The notes under the pieces are model-generated. The model was not told where the DNA came from, made no database searches, and was given only the letters and a program-made list of their open reading frames with translations. A stretch of DNA of 64,000 nucleotides from an uncultured bacterium (GTDB lineage: Bacteria; UBA8481), in the NCBI GenBank assembly GCA_964499705.1, contig CAZCME010000009.1, positions 64,001 to 128,000 on the forward strand, given 5' to 3'. This document shows, piece by piece, positions 10,344 through 23,500 of the stretch. The translations under genes and the position numbers were made by a program. Position 1 is the first letter of the stretch; each line of letters begins with the position of its first letter.

Positions 10344-10562
10344 GGATGACTCTCCTCAATCTGACTCGCGATGATCTGACGCAACGGAACTTCCCGAAAT
10401 GGGACCGAGACCGTTCTATCTTCTCCAAGTATGGCATATTATGCGCGAAATCATGTGTTGATGTCAAGCGGAATTGATGGCGAAACATCGGGTTGTGCAA
10501 GCGTCCGACAGGTCCTATTCGCTTGTTCAGCGAGGCTTGGGCGGGGAGAATGGGATGGCATC

Positions 10563-11309
10563 ATGAATTCCACCTGTTTGCGCGCAGTCGTGCCGCTTGT
10601 CCTGATCCCAACCGCTGTGATCGGTCTGGCCTCATATCCCATCCTTACCCTGCTTCTGCTGTCCGCCTGCGCCTGGTGGTCGCTCCGGACAGTGCGGGAT
10701 CGGTCCCGGAGAAAACTGTTTCTCCTTGCGGCGGTCTTCGGGACGATCGGCGAAGCGATCTGCGTGTACGGATCATGGTGGACGCCGGACGGTCGCGGAC
10801 TTTGGATCTATTTATTCCCCTCGCCCTTCGGTCTGGCGCTGAAACTTCCGATCTGGCTGCCGCTTGTGTGGGGGAACCTCTTCGTTCTCTTCGCCGACCT
10901 GGCAAAATTCATTTCCGTTCGAAACGGTTTGCCTGTCCGATGGCCCGAGGCCGTCCGGTATCCCGTGGTTCTCATCATCATGGTCTACGCGGGCCTGCTC
11001 TTCAGGACGATCGACGTCCGGATTCTCTGGGTCTTCACGCCATTCTTCGCCGCGTTCCTTCTCTATTGGAATGCACCGGCCGATCTGGCCGTTTTCATCG
11101 TCGCGGCTTTGCTGGGCAGCTTTGGAGAGCTTTGGGCGATGAGGTCCGGCTTGTGGATCTATACGAAGCCGCTCTTCAGGAATGAATTTCTCCTCGCTCT
11201 TGGAATTCCGGGTGTGCCGGTCTCCCTGCCGATGGCGTGGGGGCTCTCGGCCGTTTTTCTCACACGGTGGGCAAAAGATAAGGATGAAGCACCTCATCAA
11301 GTGACATAG
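10563..11309 (+). CDS. integral membrane protein (DUF2878/lycopene-cyclase-like duplicated TM unit)
   Basis: Two related halves (FGTIGEAICV..GLWIY..LPIWLPLVWG and LGSFGELWAM..GLWIY..VPVSLPMAWG); start uncertain (10431 or 10563). Confidence 0.6.
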   Translation: MNSTCLRAVVPLVLIPTAVIGLASYPILTLLLLSACAWWSLRTVRDRSRRKLFLLAAVFGTIGEAICVYGSWWTPDGRGLWIYLFPSPFGLALKLPIWLPLVWGNLFVLFADLAKFISVRNGLPVRWPEAVRYPVVLIIMVYAGLLFRTIDVRILWVFTPFFAAFLLYWNAPADLAVFIVAALLGSFGELWAMRSGLWIYTKPLFRNEFLLALGIPGVPVSLPMAWGLSAVFLTRWAKDKDEAPHQVT

Positions 11310-11541
11310 TCCACTTCTTATCCACAGCTTCTTCCGGATTTGCGGCGGTCGCGCCGCCGACGATGAACCATATCAAGGTTTGAAACCTCGTGCCGATATC
11401 CCAATGGGATCGATTAAAACTTACGCCCGGAAAAGGTCCGATGATCACGGACTGATTCCAGATTGAACGCAGCTACGCGCTCAGCCGCATGGAAGTCGGC
11501 GGACTTTGCGCAGAACGGTCATTAGACCGGGAATGTGAACG

Positions 11542-14500
11542 ATGCCAGGAACGCGACAGACATATCTTCTCCTCTCCCTCCTCTTTCTCCCCCTCCTATG
11601 TGCCCCCGCGCTCGCTGACGATAACGACACATTCACGATTCTCGAACCCCCGGCGGGCTCCATCATCAACGGAACCCGGAACATCCGGTTTCGCGCGGTC
11701 GACCCGGGAACCCTGTTCGCCGATACGAGGATCAGCATCGACGGAGCCACGTATGTCCCTACGTCACTGGACAGCTCGCATGCGTTCGTCACCACGGCTC
11801 TGGCCAACGGCGCGCACACGGTCCGGATCCGCGCTGGCGATAACGTCGGCGAGACAGGTTATTCCGCTGTCACGACCTACATCGTGGACAACCTTGGACC
11901 TGCCGTGTCGAACCTGACGGTGAGCTATCCCGCGGGTCAGACCATGGCCCGGCCCGGTCAATCCGTGACGTTCAAGGCGCTCGTCCGGGACGCGATATCC
12001 CCCATCCAGTTTGTGCAATTGCTTGTATTCGACACGTTCCTTCAGATGTTCGACAACGCCACGAACGGCGATTCTCTCTCCGGCGACAGCATTTTCTCGC
12101 TCACCCTGGTCATCCCCATCGATTCGGGTTTCAACGGGGACACGACATGGGGCGTCTGGGCGGGAGATTCTGCTCCCCAGATGCAGTCATCCAATTCCGA
12201 TACGGTCTTTTCGATTCTTTCCATGGACAGCGCCGGACCGAGGGTTCTGTTCATCACGACGACGGATCCGGACACCATCTACTCGAACGGGCAGTCGGTG
12301 ACGATCAGGATTCATGCGGATACCGATGCCGGCGGCGATGGCGACAGCGATCTGACCGTCACGGCCAATTTCACGTCGTTTGATTCGACCTTCTCCACAA
12401 GCGGCGTCACCGTAACCGAGGACGGACCGGGGACGTACGTGATTCGATACACGATCTCCGCGAACAATCCCGCCGTGAATGTGCTGAACGCCGCCGTTTC
12501 GATCCGCCTTGTGGATGGCGTCGGCTACGAAACGACGACAACCTGGCTCATTTCGCTCGTGAACTCCGTGCCGACCTGCTCCTTCACGGTGCCGGTCATC
12601 GGCTCGACGATCAACGGCACGGAGACGCTGGCCTTCACGATCAACGCGATCGGGCGGACGATCCGCGATACGGCGGTCTCGATCGACGGCGGCTCGTACA
12701 CGGCGACGAGCGGAGACACGTTCATCGTCAATACGCTGCCGCTGGCCGACGGAGCGCACACGTTCCGCGTGCGGTTCTACGACACGGGCACGAGCGACAC
12801 GTTCTTCTCGGACCCGGTGACATTCGTCGTGGACAACCACGGCCCGTCGATCTCGAACCTCTCCGTGACCTATCCGACCGGCCAGACGCGGGTCCGGCCC
12901 GGCCAGCCGGTCACGTTCAAGGCTCTCGTGCGGGACGCGCTCTCGAACCTCGACAGCGTCGTCCTGTATTTCGACACGCCGATGGCAATGTTCGACAATG
13001 GGACGAACGGCGACGAGTTCTCCGGCGACAGCATCTTCTCGCTCCGGTGGGCGCTGCCCTTCGACATGGGCTACACGGGCGACACGACGTGGCGCGTGGT
13101 CGCGACCGACACAGGGCGGAACTTCCAGGCCGGGAACTCGGAAACGGTTTCCGCGACTCTGCAGGGCGACAGCGCTCCGCCGATCGTTTATTACATCAGG
13201 ACGACCGACGCGGACACGATCTACTCGAACGGGCAGACGGTGACGATCCGGATCTACGTCGATTCCGATGCGGTGGGCGACGGGGAGAGCGGACTAGCGG
13301 TGACGGCGAACTTCGCATCGTTCGACTCCAACTACACTGCGGGCGCCGTTGCCGTTTCGGAGGATGGACCCGGGACGTACGTCATCCGGTACACGATTTC
13401 CTCGAACAACGTCGACACGAACCGGCTGAACCTGGCGGTCCGGATCAGGGTAACGGATGGCGTCGGGCTTTCGGATACGACGATCGCCGCCGGCGACACG
13501 CTCTGGATCATCTCGGTCGTGAACTCCGTGCCGACCTGCTCCTTCACGGTGCCGGTCATCGGCTCGACGATCAACGGCACGGAGACGCTGGCCTTCACGA
13601 TCAACGCGATCGGGCGGACGATCCGCGATACGGCGGTCTCGATCGACGGCGGCTCGTACACGGCGACGAGCGGAGACACGTTCATCGTCAATACGCTGCC
13701 GCTGGCCGACGGAGCGCACACGTTCCGCGTGCGGTTCTACGACACGGGCACGAGCGACACGTTCTTCTCGGACCCGGTGACATTCGTCGTGGACAACCAC
13801 GGCCCGTCGATCTCGAACCTCTCCGTGACCTATCCGACCGGCCAGACGCGGGTCCGGCCCGGCCAGCCGGTCACGTTCAAGGCTCTCGTGCGGGACGCGC
13901 TCTCGAACCTCGACAGCGTCGTCCTGTATTTCGACACGCCGATGGCAATGTTCGACAATGGGACGAACGGCGACGAGTTCTCCGGCGACAGCATCTTCTC
14001 GCTCCGGTGGGCGCTGCCCTTCGACATGGGTTTCACGGGCGACACGACGTGGCGCGTCGTCGCGACCGACACGGGCCGGAACTTCCAGGCCGGGAACTCG
14101 GAAACGGTTTCCGCGACGCTGCAGGGCGACAGTGCTCCGCCGATCGTGTACTACATGCTGACGAGCGACCCGGACACGGTGTATTCGAACGGGCAGACCG
14201 TTACGATCAAGGTCTATATAGACTCGGACGCCGCCGGCGACGGGGAGAGCGGACTCGCGGTGACGGCGAACTTCGCATCGTTCGACTCCAACTACACTGC
14301 GGGCGCCGTTGCCGTTTCGGAGGACGGGCCGGGAACTTACGTCATCCGATACACGATTTCCGCCAACAATGTGGTCGCGAATCGCCTCAATCTGGCGGTA
14401 CGCATTCGCGTGACGGACGGAGTCGGGCTTTCGGACACGACGATCGCCGCCGGAGATACGCTCTGGGTCATCTCGGTCGTGAACGGAGCTCCGGTCTTCG

Positions 14501-17500
14501 CGTTCACGACGCCGGCGGCCGGATCGACGATCAGCGGTAAGGGAGAAACGATCGTCTTCACGATCACGGGCGCGGGCCGCTTTTTCACCGATACGCGGAT
14601 CTCGGTCGACGGAGCCGCCTACGCGACGACGACGACGGGAACGACGCACCTCGTGAACACTGTCCTGACGACGGGCCTGCACACGTTCCGGCTCCGCGCC
14701 TTCGACACTTCCACCGGCGACACGTTCACATCCGACCTCCTGACGCTGAACGTCGACGTCGACTCGCCGCGGATCTCGAACGTCTCCGTGACGTACCCGA
14801 CAGGCCAGGCGCGCGTCCGGCCCGGGCAGACCTTCACTGTGACGGCGCAGGTAACCGATGTCCACTCATCGATCGGATCGGTCTCGCTGATCGCGTTTGG
14901 GGAGAACCAGCCGATGTTCGACAACGGAACGAACGGCGACGTCGCCGCCGGCGACGACATCTGGTCGCGGGCGCTGACGCTTGATCCGGACTCGGTTTCG
15001 TTCCTCCAGACGATCTTCTCCGGCGACACGACGTTCTTCGTGACGGCGCTCGACACGTCGAGCCAGATGGCTGTGCCGAATCGTGACACGGTCTCCTCGA
15101 CGCTCGCGATCGACAGCGCGCTGCCGCGCGTCCGATACCTCCTCACGACGGATCTCGACACGACCTATTCCAACGGCCAGACCGTCACCATCAAGCTGCA
15201 TGCGGATACGGACGCGGTGGGCGACGGCGACAGCGGCCTGAGGGTGACGGCGAACTTCACGTCGTTCGACTCGAACTATTCCGCGAGCGGCGTGGCGGTG
15301 ACGGAGGACGGGCCGGGCACCTACGTCATCCGCTACACGATCTCCTCCAACAACGCGGTCGTGAACGTCCTGAACGCGGCGGTCTCGATCCGCCTGGTGG
15401 ACGGCGTCGGGTACGAGACGACGACGACCTGGCTGATCTCTCTCGTGAACGGAGCTCCGGTCTTCGCGTTCACGACTCCCCTGGCCGGATCGACGATCAG
15501 CGGGAAAGGGGAGACGATCGTCTTCACGATCACCGGAGCGGGCCGCTTTTTCACCGATACGCGGATCTCGATCGACGGAGCCGCCTACGCGACGACGACG
15601 ACGGGGACGACGCACGTCGTGAACACCGTCCTGACGACGGGCCTGCACACGTTCCGGCTCCGCGCCTTCGACACTTCCACCGGCGACACGTTCACGTCGG
15701 ATATCCTGACGTTGAACGTCGACGTCGACTCGCCGCGGATCTCGAACGTCTCCGTGACGTATCCGACGGGCCAGACGCGTGTCCGGCCCGGGCAGACTTT
15801 CACCCTGACGGCGCAGGTGACCGATGTCCACTCATCGATCGGATCGGTTTCGTTGATCGCGTTCGGGGAGAACCAGCCGATGTTCGACAATGGAACGAAC
15901 GGCGACGTCTCCGCAGGCGACGACATCTGGTCGCGGGCGCTGACGCTCGATCCGGACTCGGTCTCGTTCCTCCAGACGATTTTCTCCGGCGACACGACGT
16001 TCTTTGTGACGGCCGTGGACACGTCGAGCCAGATGGCGGTTCCGAATCGGGATACAGTCTCCTCGACGCTCGCGATCGACAGCGCAGTGCCGCGCGTCCG
16101 GTATCTCCTCACGACGGATCTCGACACGATCTACGGCCGCGGCCAGACGATCACGATCAAGGTGTACGCCGATACCGACGCGGTGGGCGACGGCGACAGC
16201 GGTTTGAAGGTGACGGCGAACTTTGCGACCTTCGACTCGAACTATTCCGCGAGCAGCGTGGCCGTAACAGAGGACGGGCCGGGCACCTACGTCATCCGCT
16301 ACACGCTTTCCACGAGCAATAACATCGACAGCGTCCTGAACGCGCCGGTCACGATCCGGCTCGTGGACGGCGTCGGGCTCGAGACGACGACGATGTGGCT
16401 CATCTCGCTCGTCAACGGGGCCGCTTCATTTTCCTTCACGGCGCCGCCGGTCGCTTCGACGATCAATGGTTCGGAAACGCTTTTCTTCACCATCACCGGT
16501 CTCGGCCGGACGATCACCGACACGCGCATCTCGATCGACGGCAACGCCTTTGTCACGACGACGACGGGGACGACGCATGTCGTCAACACGCTCCTCCTGA
16601 CAGATGGGCCGCATACATTCAAGCTCCGCGGGTTCGATACGGGAAGCGGAGACACATTCACATCGGATGCCGTCATCTACACGATCGACAACACGCCTCC
16701 AGCGATCTCGAACTTGACAGTGAAGTATCCGGCGGGCCAGACGGCGGCGCGGCCTTTCCAGACCGCGACGTTCACCGTGCAGATTTCCGACGCGCTCTCG
16801 CCGATCGATTCCGCCGCCATCCTCCTGCGCGTCTTCGGTCTCAATTACACGATGAACGACGCCGGCGCTAATGGCGACTCGATCGCCGGCGACCGGATCT
16901 ACTCCCGGAGCATCACGATCGACGACGATTCGGCTGCAACAGGCGATACGCTTTTCCAGGTAACCGCCGGCGACACGCGGCCCTTCATGCGCCTGTCGAA
17001 TCTCGATACGATCGCGTCTTCGTTCCGCGTGGACAGCAGCACCCCGCTGATCCTCGCAATCTCGACGATCGATCCGGACACCATCTATGTCAACGGCCAG
17101 ACGATCCTGATCCGGATCTTCGTCGACACGGACGCGGCGGGCGGAGGCGAGGAAGGCCTCACCATCTTCAGTGATTTTTCCAGGATCGATTCACAATACG
17201 TGCGCGGTTCCGAAATCGTCGCCGATGACGGACGAGGAACATACACGATCCGGTACACGGTCTCCGCGAGCAACACGGCGGGGGTCGGCCCTGATTCGCC
17301 GATCCGGATCACGGCTCAGGACGGCGTGGGTTTGTCTGATACGCGGACGTGGCTTGTGACATTGACAAGCGTGACCGCTTCCTCGCCCACCATAGTCACG
17401 CTGGATATTCTCGATTCGCAGCTCGGGACGGACTCGGCCCGCGACAAGATCCTGAACGATAACGACACGCTCACAATCAGCGCGCGGTCCACTTCGTTCG

Positions 17501-20500
17501 TCATCACGGCGATCGAATATTTCGTCGACGTCGTGGATAGGGACAGCCAGGGAATCGCGGCTGCCGCTTCCGATGGCGGCTTCGATTCGACGCAGGAGAC
17601 GGCCATCGTGCAATTGAACGTCGGAGTGCTGGCGGACGGCCTCCACACAGTTTACGTGCATGCGCTCGATTCAGGAGGAACATGGGGTGTCTTCCGGAGC
17701 GATACCTTCACGCTCGACCGGCAGGGGCCCGCCATTGCCGACGTGCGTGTCACGTATCCAAGAAGCGGCGCGACCGCGGTGAAGTCCGGCGAGACCGTCA
17801 TCATCACGGCACAGGTCCGTGACTTCACGTCGCGGGTCGATTCCGTCGCCGTGAATGTCTCGGCGCTCAACGGGCAGACATCCTTGCGCATGTTCGACGA
17901 CGGCACCGGCGGCGACGCTGTCGCCAACGACAGCGTCTTCACGACGCTGGCCGGTGTGACCATCGTCCAGACCGGCAACGTTTCCTGCACCATTACGGCC
18001 CAGGATCCGGTGCGCAATCCGACGATCGTCGGGTTCACGGTAGTGAAAGACGATTCCGCGCCAGTCATCACGACGATAACGACCGATGACGCGGATACGA
18101 GCTATCGCTACGGGCACACCATCCGGATCCTGCTTTTCTGCGATACGGATGCGACGGCTCCCGGCGATACAGGCGCAAGAATTTCAGGGGACTTCCTCAG
18201 CATCGACAACAAGTTCAACCCGGCCGGAGTGCTCTACACGGACAGGCTCGACGGCAACTACACCGTCACCTACACGATTGCTCTGACAAGCACCGTGATC
18301 GACTCGGCCATGTCGCCCACGACGGTAACGGCGACAGACGCCGCGGGAAACTCCGATACGCGCATCTGGTATGTGAGGCTCGATAACGGCGTGCCCGAGC
18401 TCCCGTTCATCTTCTCGGCCACCCTGACCGATTCCCAGATCGGAAGCGATTCCGCGAGAGACAACATCATCAACGACGACGACACGTTTGTTGTCGTTGT
18501 CCAGGATACAATCCTGCTTCTCCGCTCGGCGGAATACTTCCTCGATGTTCCGCTCCAGAACGGCGAGGGAGCGACGCTTGTTGCCGTGGATGGATTGTAC
18601 GATTCGACGACCGAGACCACGACGGCCTTCATCTCCATCGCTTCGCTCGCGGAAGGGCGGCACACGTTCCTTGTGCATGCCCAGGACTCGGAATTGAATT
18701 GGGGTCGTTTCCGAACGGAGACGTTTATCATAGACAGGGTTGGACCCGCAATCACGAGCATCGCGATTTCTTATCCCTACGGCGCCAAAGCGGTTAAAGC
18801 CGGAGAATCCATCACGGTCTCCGCCGTCATAAGAGACGTGACGACGAATATTGACACGGTCTGGATCGACGCCGCGAATTTGAACGGAGCGATCGCGCAG
18901 CGGCTGTATGACGACGGCACGAATGGCGACGCGATTTCCGGGGATAGCGTTTTCACCGCGTCGGTGCTTGTAGCCAACGTGGGAACCGGCGAGACTGCGG
19001 TCACGATCGGAGCGAACGACATCGTCCGGAACAGGACAATCCTTGCGACAACGGTCGTGAAGGACGATCTCGCCCCGGCGTATCTCCGGCTCTCCACAGC
19101 CGATCCGGACACGATCTACCGGAACGGTCAGACAGTCACGATTCGTCTTTACCTGGATACCGACGCTTCCGGGGACGGCGAATCCGGCCTGGTAATCACG
19201 CCCTTCTTCGAGTTGCTTGATTCGAACTACATCGCTGGAAGCGCGCAGGTGTCCGATGACAGTCGCGGATCTTACACGATCCGATACACGATCTCCGATG
19301 GAAACCGGCAGGCGGACTCGAATGGAATCGCGGTCAGGATTCGAGCTCGGGATCTGCCCGGTAATTTCACGGATGCGGTGTGGTATGTCTCGCTCGACAA
19401 CAACGCTCCCGCCGTTACCGTCACGCTGACCGATTCCCAGGCTGGCACCGATTCGGCCCGCGATCTTATCATCAATGACAACGACACGGTCGGCATTCTC
19501 GCGACGGACACGACGTCGATCATCGGCAGGATGGAATATTTCATCGATGCGATCGGACGCGATGGCGAGGGAACGGCGATCGCCGCGTTCGATGGAGGAT
19601 TCACTGCAACGTCGGAATCGGGCGTTGTGGTTCTGTCCGTAACCTCTCTTGCGGAAGGCGCGCACAGGTTCCACGCGCATGCGCAGGATTCATCCGGGCT
19701 CTGGGGACCGCATGCCTCGGAAACGTTCCTCGTCGATCGGGTGGGGCCCCAGATCACAAGCGTGACGATCACCTATCCTTTCGGCGCAAAGGTCGTGAAG
19801 GCGGGAGAGTCGCTCACGGTGACGGCGGTGATCCGCGATGTGACCACGAGCATCGATACTGTCTGGGTGGACGCGACGAATCTGAATGGCGCGATTGCAC
19901 AGCGGATGTACGACGACGGAACGAACGGAGATGTGATCGCGGGAGACAGCGTCTTCACGGCGTCGGTGCTCGTGACCCTTGTCGGCAGCGGCGAGACAGC
20001 ATTTGTGATCGGCGCTCACGACATCGTCCGAAACAGAACGCTGGTGCCGACAACGGTCGTGAAGGACGACCTGGCTCCCGCCTTCCTCCGGCTCTCGACG
20101 CCTGATCCGGACACGATCTATCGCAATGGACAGACAGTGACCCTACAGGTCTATCTTGATACCGACGCTTCCGGCGACGGGGAATCCGGGCTCATACTCA
20201 CGCCATTCTTCATCCTCGTGGATTCGAATTACATATCCGGGAGCGCCCAGGTGTCGGATGACAGCCGTGGGTCGTACACAATCCGATACACGATATCGGA
20301 CGGCAACCGCCAGGCCGATTCAAACGGGATTCCGGTGCGAATCCGAGCTCGTGATCTGCCGGGAAACTTTGCGGACACGGTTTGGTACGTTTCGCTCGAC
20401 AACAACGGCCCCGGCGCCACTGTCAGGTTGACGGATTCGCAGGCGGGAACGGATTCGGCGCGCGACAAGATCATCAACGACAATGACACGTTGCTCATCG

Positions 20501-23500
20501 TTGCGACGGACACGACCTCCGTGATCAGCAGGATCGAGTATTTCATCGATGCGATCGGGCGCGATGGCGAAGGGACGGCTGCGGGCGCGCAGGACGGCGC
20601 GTTCAATACAACGTCGGAGACAAGCTTCCCCGTGCTGAACGTCGCGGCGCTCCCGGAAGGCCTCCATCGGTTCTACGCGCATGCGCAGGATTCATCCGGG
20701 CTGTGGGGTCCGCACGCGGAGGAGACGTTCCTCGTCGATCGGATCGGACCGTCGATCGCGAACGTCGCCGTCTCGTATCCATACGGTGCGAAAGCCGTCA
20801 AGATCGGAGAATCGATCACGGTGACCGCGACGATCCGGGACGTGACGACAAGCATCGACACGGCCTGGGTGGACGCGGTTTTGGTCACGGGCGCTAGCGC
20901 GCTGTGTTTGTCCGACGTTGGCCCTACGGGCGCGGGTGGCGCCCGCGACAGCGTCTTCACGGTCTCCGTGCTTTCGACCATCAACGGCAGCGCGGACACG
21001 TTCCTTGTGGTCGGGGCGAACGACATTGTGCGGAACAGGACGCTCGTGCCTGCTGCGGTCGTGAAAGATGATTCGCCTGCTCGTTTCCTTACTCTTTCGA
21101 CTTCTGATCCTGACACGATCTACCGGAACGGCCAGACCATCACGTTCCGCGTCAATCTCGACACGGACGCGTCGGGCGCCGGCGAATCCGGATTGACTCT
21201 CGTTCCGGACTTCTCGCTTGTCGATAATTTCTTCAACTCCGGCGCCGTCTTCGTATCCGATGACGGCAGCGGCAACTACACCATCCGTTACACGATCTCC
21301 GATGCGAACACACGTTCGGACTCGAATGGGATCCGGATCACGCTCTTCGCCTTCGACAGGTCCGGGAATTTCGACACAGCGCTCTGGTTCGTGATGCTCG
21401 ACAACAACGGCCCCCGTTCCTCGCTCTCGCTGTCGGATTCGCAGACCGGCACGGATTCCGCGCGCGACAACATCGTCAACGACAACGATTCGTTCACTCT
21501 CATCGCGACGGACTCGACCCAGATCGTGGCGCGGCTGGAGTATTTCGTCGATGTCATCGGCCGCGACAGCGAAGGGATCGCCGTTGCAGCCTTCGACGGT
21601 TCGTTCAACTCTTCCTCCGAAACGGGCGTCGCCACCTTGAATATCTCCGCGCTTGCGGACGGCCTGCACCGGATTTACGGCCACGGCATGGACTCGTCGG
21701 GAGCATGGGGCGCCTACGCGTCCGAGACGTTCCTCGTCGACAGGGCGGGTCCCGTCATCACGAACGTGACCGTCGCTTATCCCAACAACGCGCCGAATGT
21801 CGCCACCGGCGGCATCGTCACCGTCACGGCCCAGGTCACGGATCAAACCACGAGCGTGGACACGGTCTGGATCGACGCTCCTGCTTTGACAGGCCTCATC
21901 GGAATCCGGATGTTCGATGACGCTTCGAACGGCGACCAGGTATCGGGCGATCACGTGTACACGGCGAAGATCACGGCGACGGCGGCGGTCGCGGGAGCGA
22001 TCACATGCACGGCCGCCGCGAACGACATGGTCCGCAACCGAAGCCAGGTGCCGTTCACGGTCGTTCGCAACGACTCGGCTCCGCTCATCCGCTTTATCTC
22101 GACAACGGATCCGGACACGGCCTACCGGAACGGCCAGACGATCTTCTTCCGCGTCTACGTCGATACGGACGCCGCCCTTCCCGGCCTGACAGGAATCACC
22201 CTGACCGCGGACTTCAGCAGGATCGATGCCCAGTTCAACTCCGGCAGCGTCTTCGTTTCCGACGACGGAGCGGGCACGTATTCCGTCCGCTACCATATTT
22301 CCACGACAAACACGCGCGCCGACGTCAACGATACGATCATTGTCGTCCGCGCGACGGACGCCGCGACGAATTTCGACACGGAACACTGGCCTGTCACGCT
22401 CGATAACAACGGGCCCATCGTCCGGACGATCGACATCGAGGATGCTCAATTCGGCACCGACCGCGCCAAGGACAAGCTCCTCAATGACAACGACACGGTC
22501 ACGATCGGCGCCGCCGATACGACCACGGCGGTCTCGGCGATCGAGTTCTTCGTCGATGTGATCGGCCGCGACAGCGAAGGAGTTCATCTCGTGGCTGTCG
22601 ACGGACAGTTCAACGGCCTGGTCGAGACCGGCCGAGCCACGCTCGATGTCGCCAGTCTCGCGGACGGATTCCATACCCTCCATGCGCACGCCCTCGACAG
22701 CGCGGGATTGTGGGGAGCGTACCGGAGCGACACCTTCATCCTCGACCGCGCCGGCCCGCGCATTCAGAACGTCATCATCGACCGGGGACCGCGGCAATTG
22801 CCGCGGGACGGCGACACGATCACGATCTCCGCGCTGGTGACCGATGTGACGACCGTCGTCGACACGGTCTTTCTCATCTGCACATCGGTCAGCGCGATTC
22901 CGCAGCAGACGATGCTCGATGACGGAGCCAACGGCGACGAGGCCGCGGGCGACCATGTGTACACGACGCGCTTCTTCCTCACGTCCGCGAATTTCACGGG
23001 GGACACGGGCTTCACGATCGTCGCGCGCGACATCGTTCGCAACACGTCGATGCTCACGGATACCCTCAATCTCTACAACCAGGCGGATACTCCGACGGTC
23101 GTCTCCGTCACGGTCCGCGACACGAGCATCATCTATGTCGACGGCGCCACGGTTAATCTCCGCGCCGTCGTGACGCTCCAGGGAGTCCCGTCATCCGGAC
23201 TCATCGTGACCGCGGATTTCTCCGCGCTGGACACGACGTATATTCCGGGCGCGGAGCGGGTATCCGACGCGGGAGGCGGCAACTACGATATCCGCTACAC
23301 GCTGTCCCTGAACAACCGCATACCGAACGCGGACACGATCAACATCGTCGTGAGCGCCCGCAACGATATCTTCACGGGAACCCGCGCTGTATCCGTCTCG
23401 CTGAGGAACGGCCCCGGAGACTTCACGGCCCCGGATTCGGTCGCCATCACGCAGCCGGAGAGCGGAACGTCCGTCAATAAGTCGGTGCGCATCCGCGCCA

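Noticed and set aside
13047-22956. Long alternative-frame and antisense ORFs (e.g. 13047-14540, 13294-14865, 18184-19680, 20692-22956)
   Set aside because: Expected shadows of GC-rich codon bias within the giant gene; no recognisable domains
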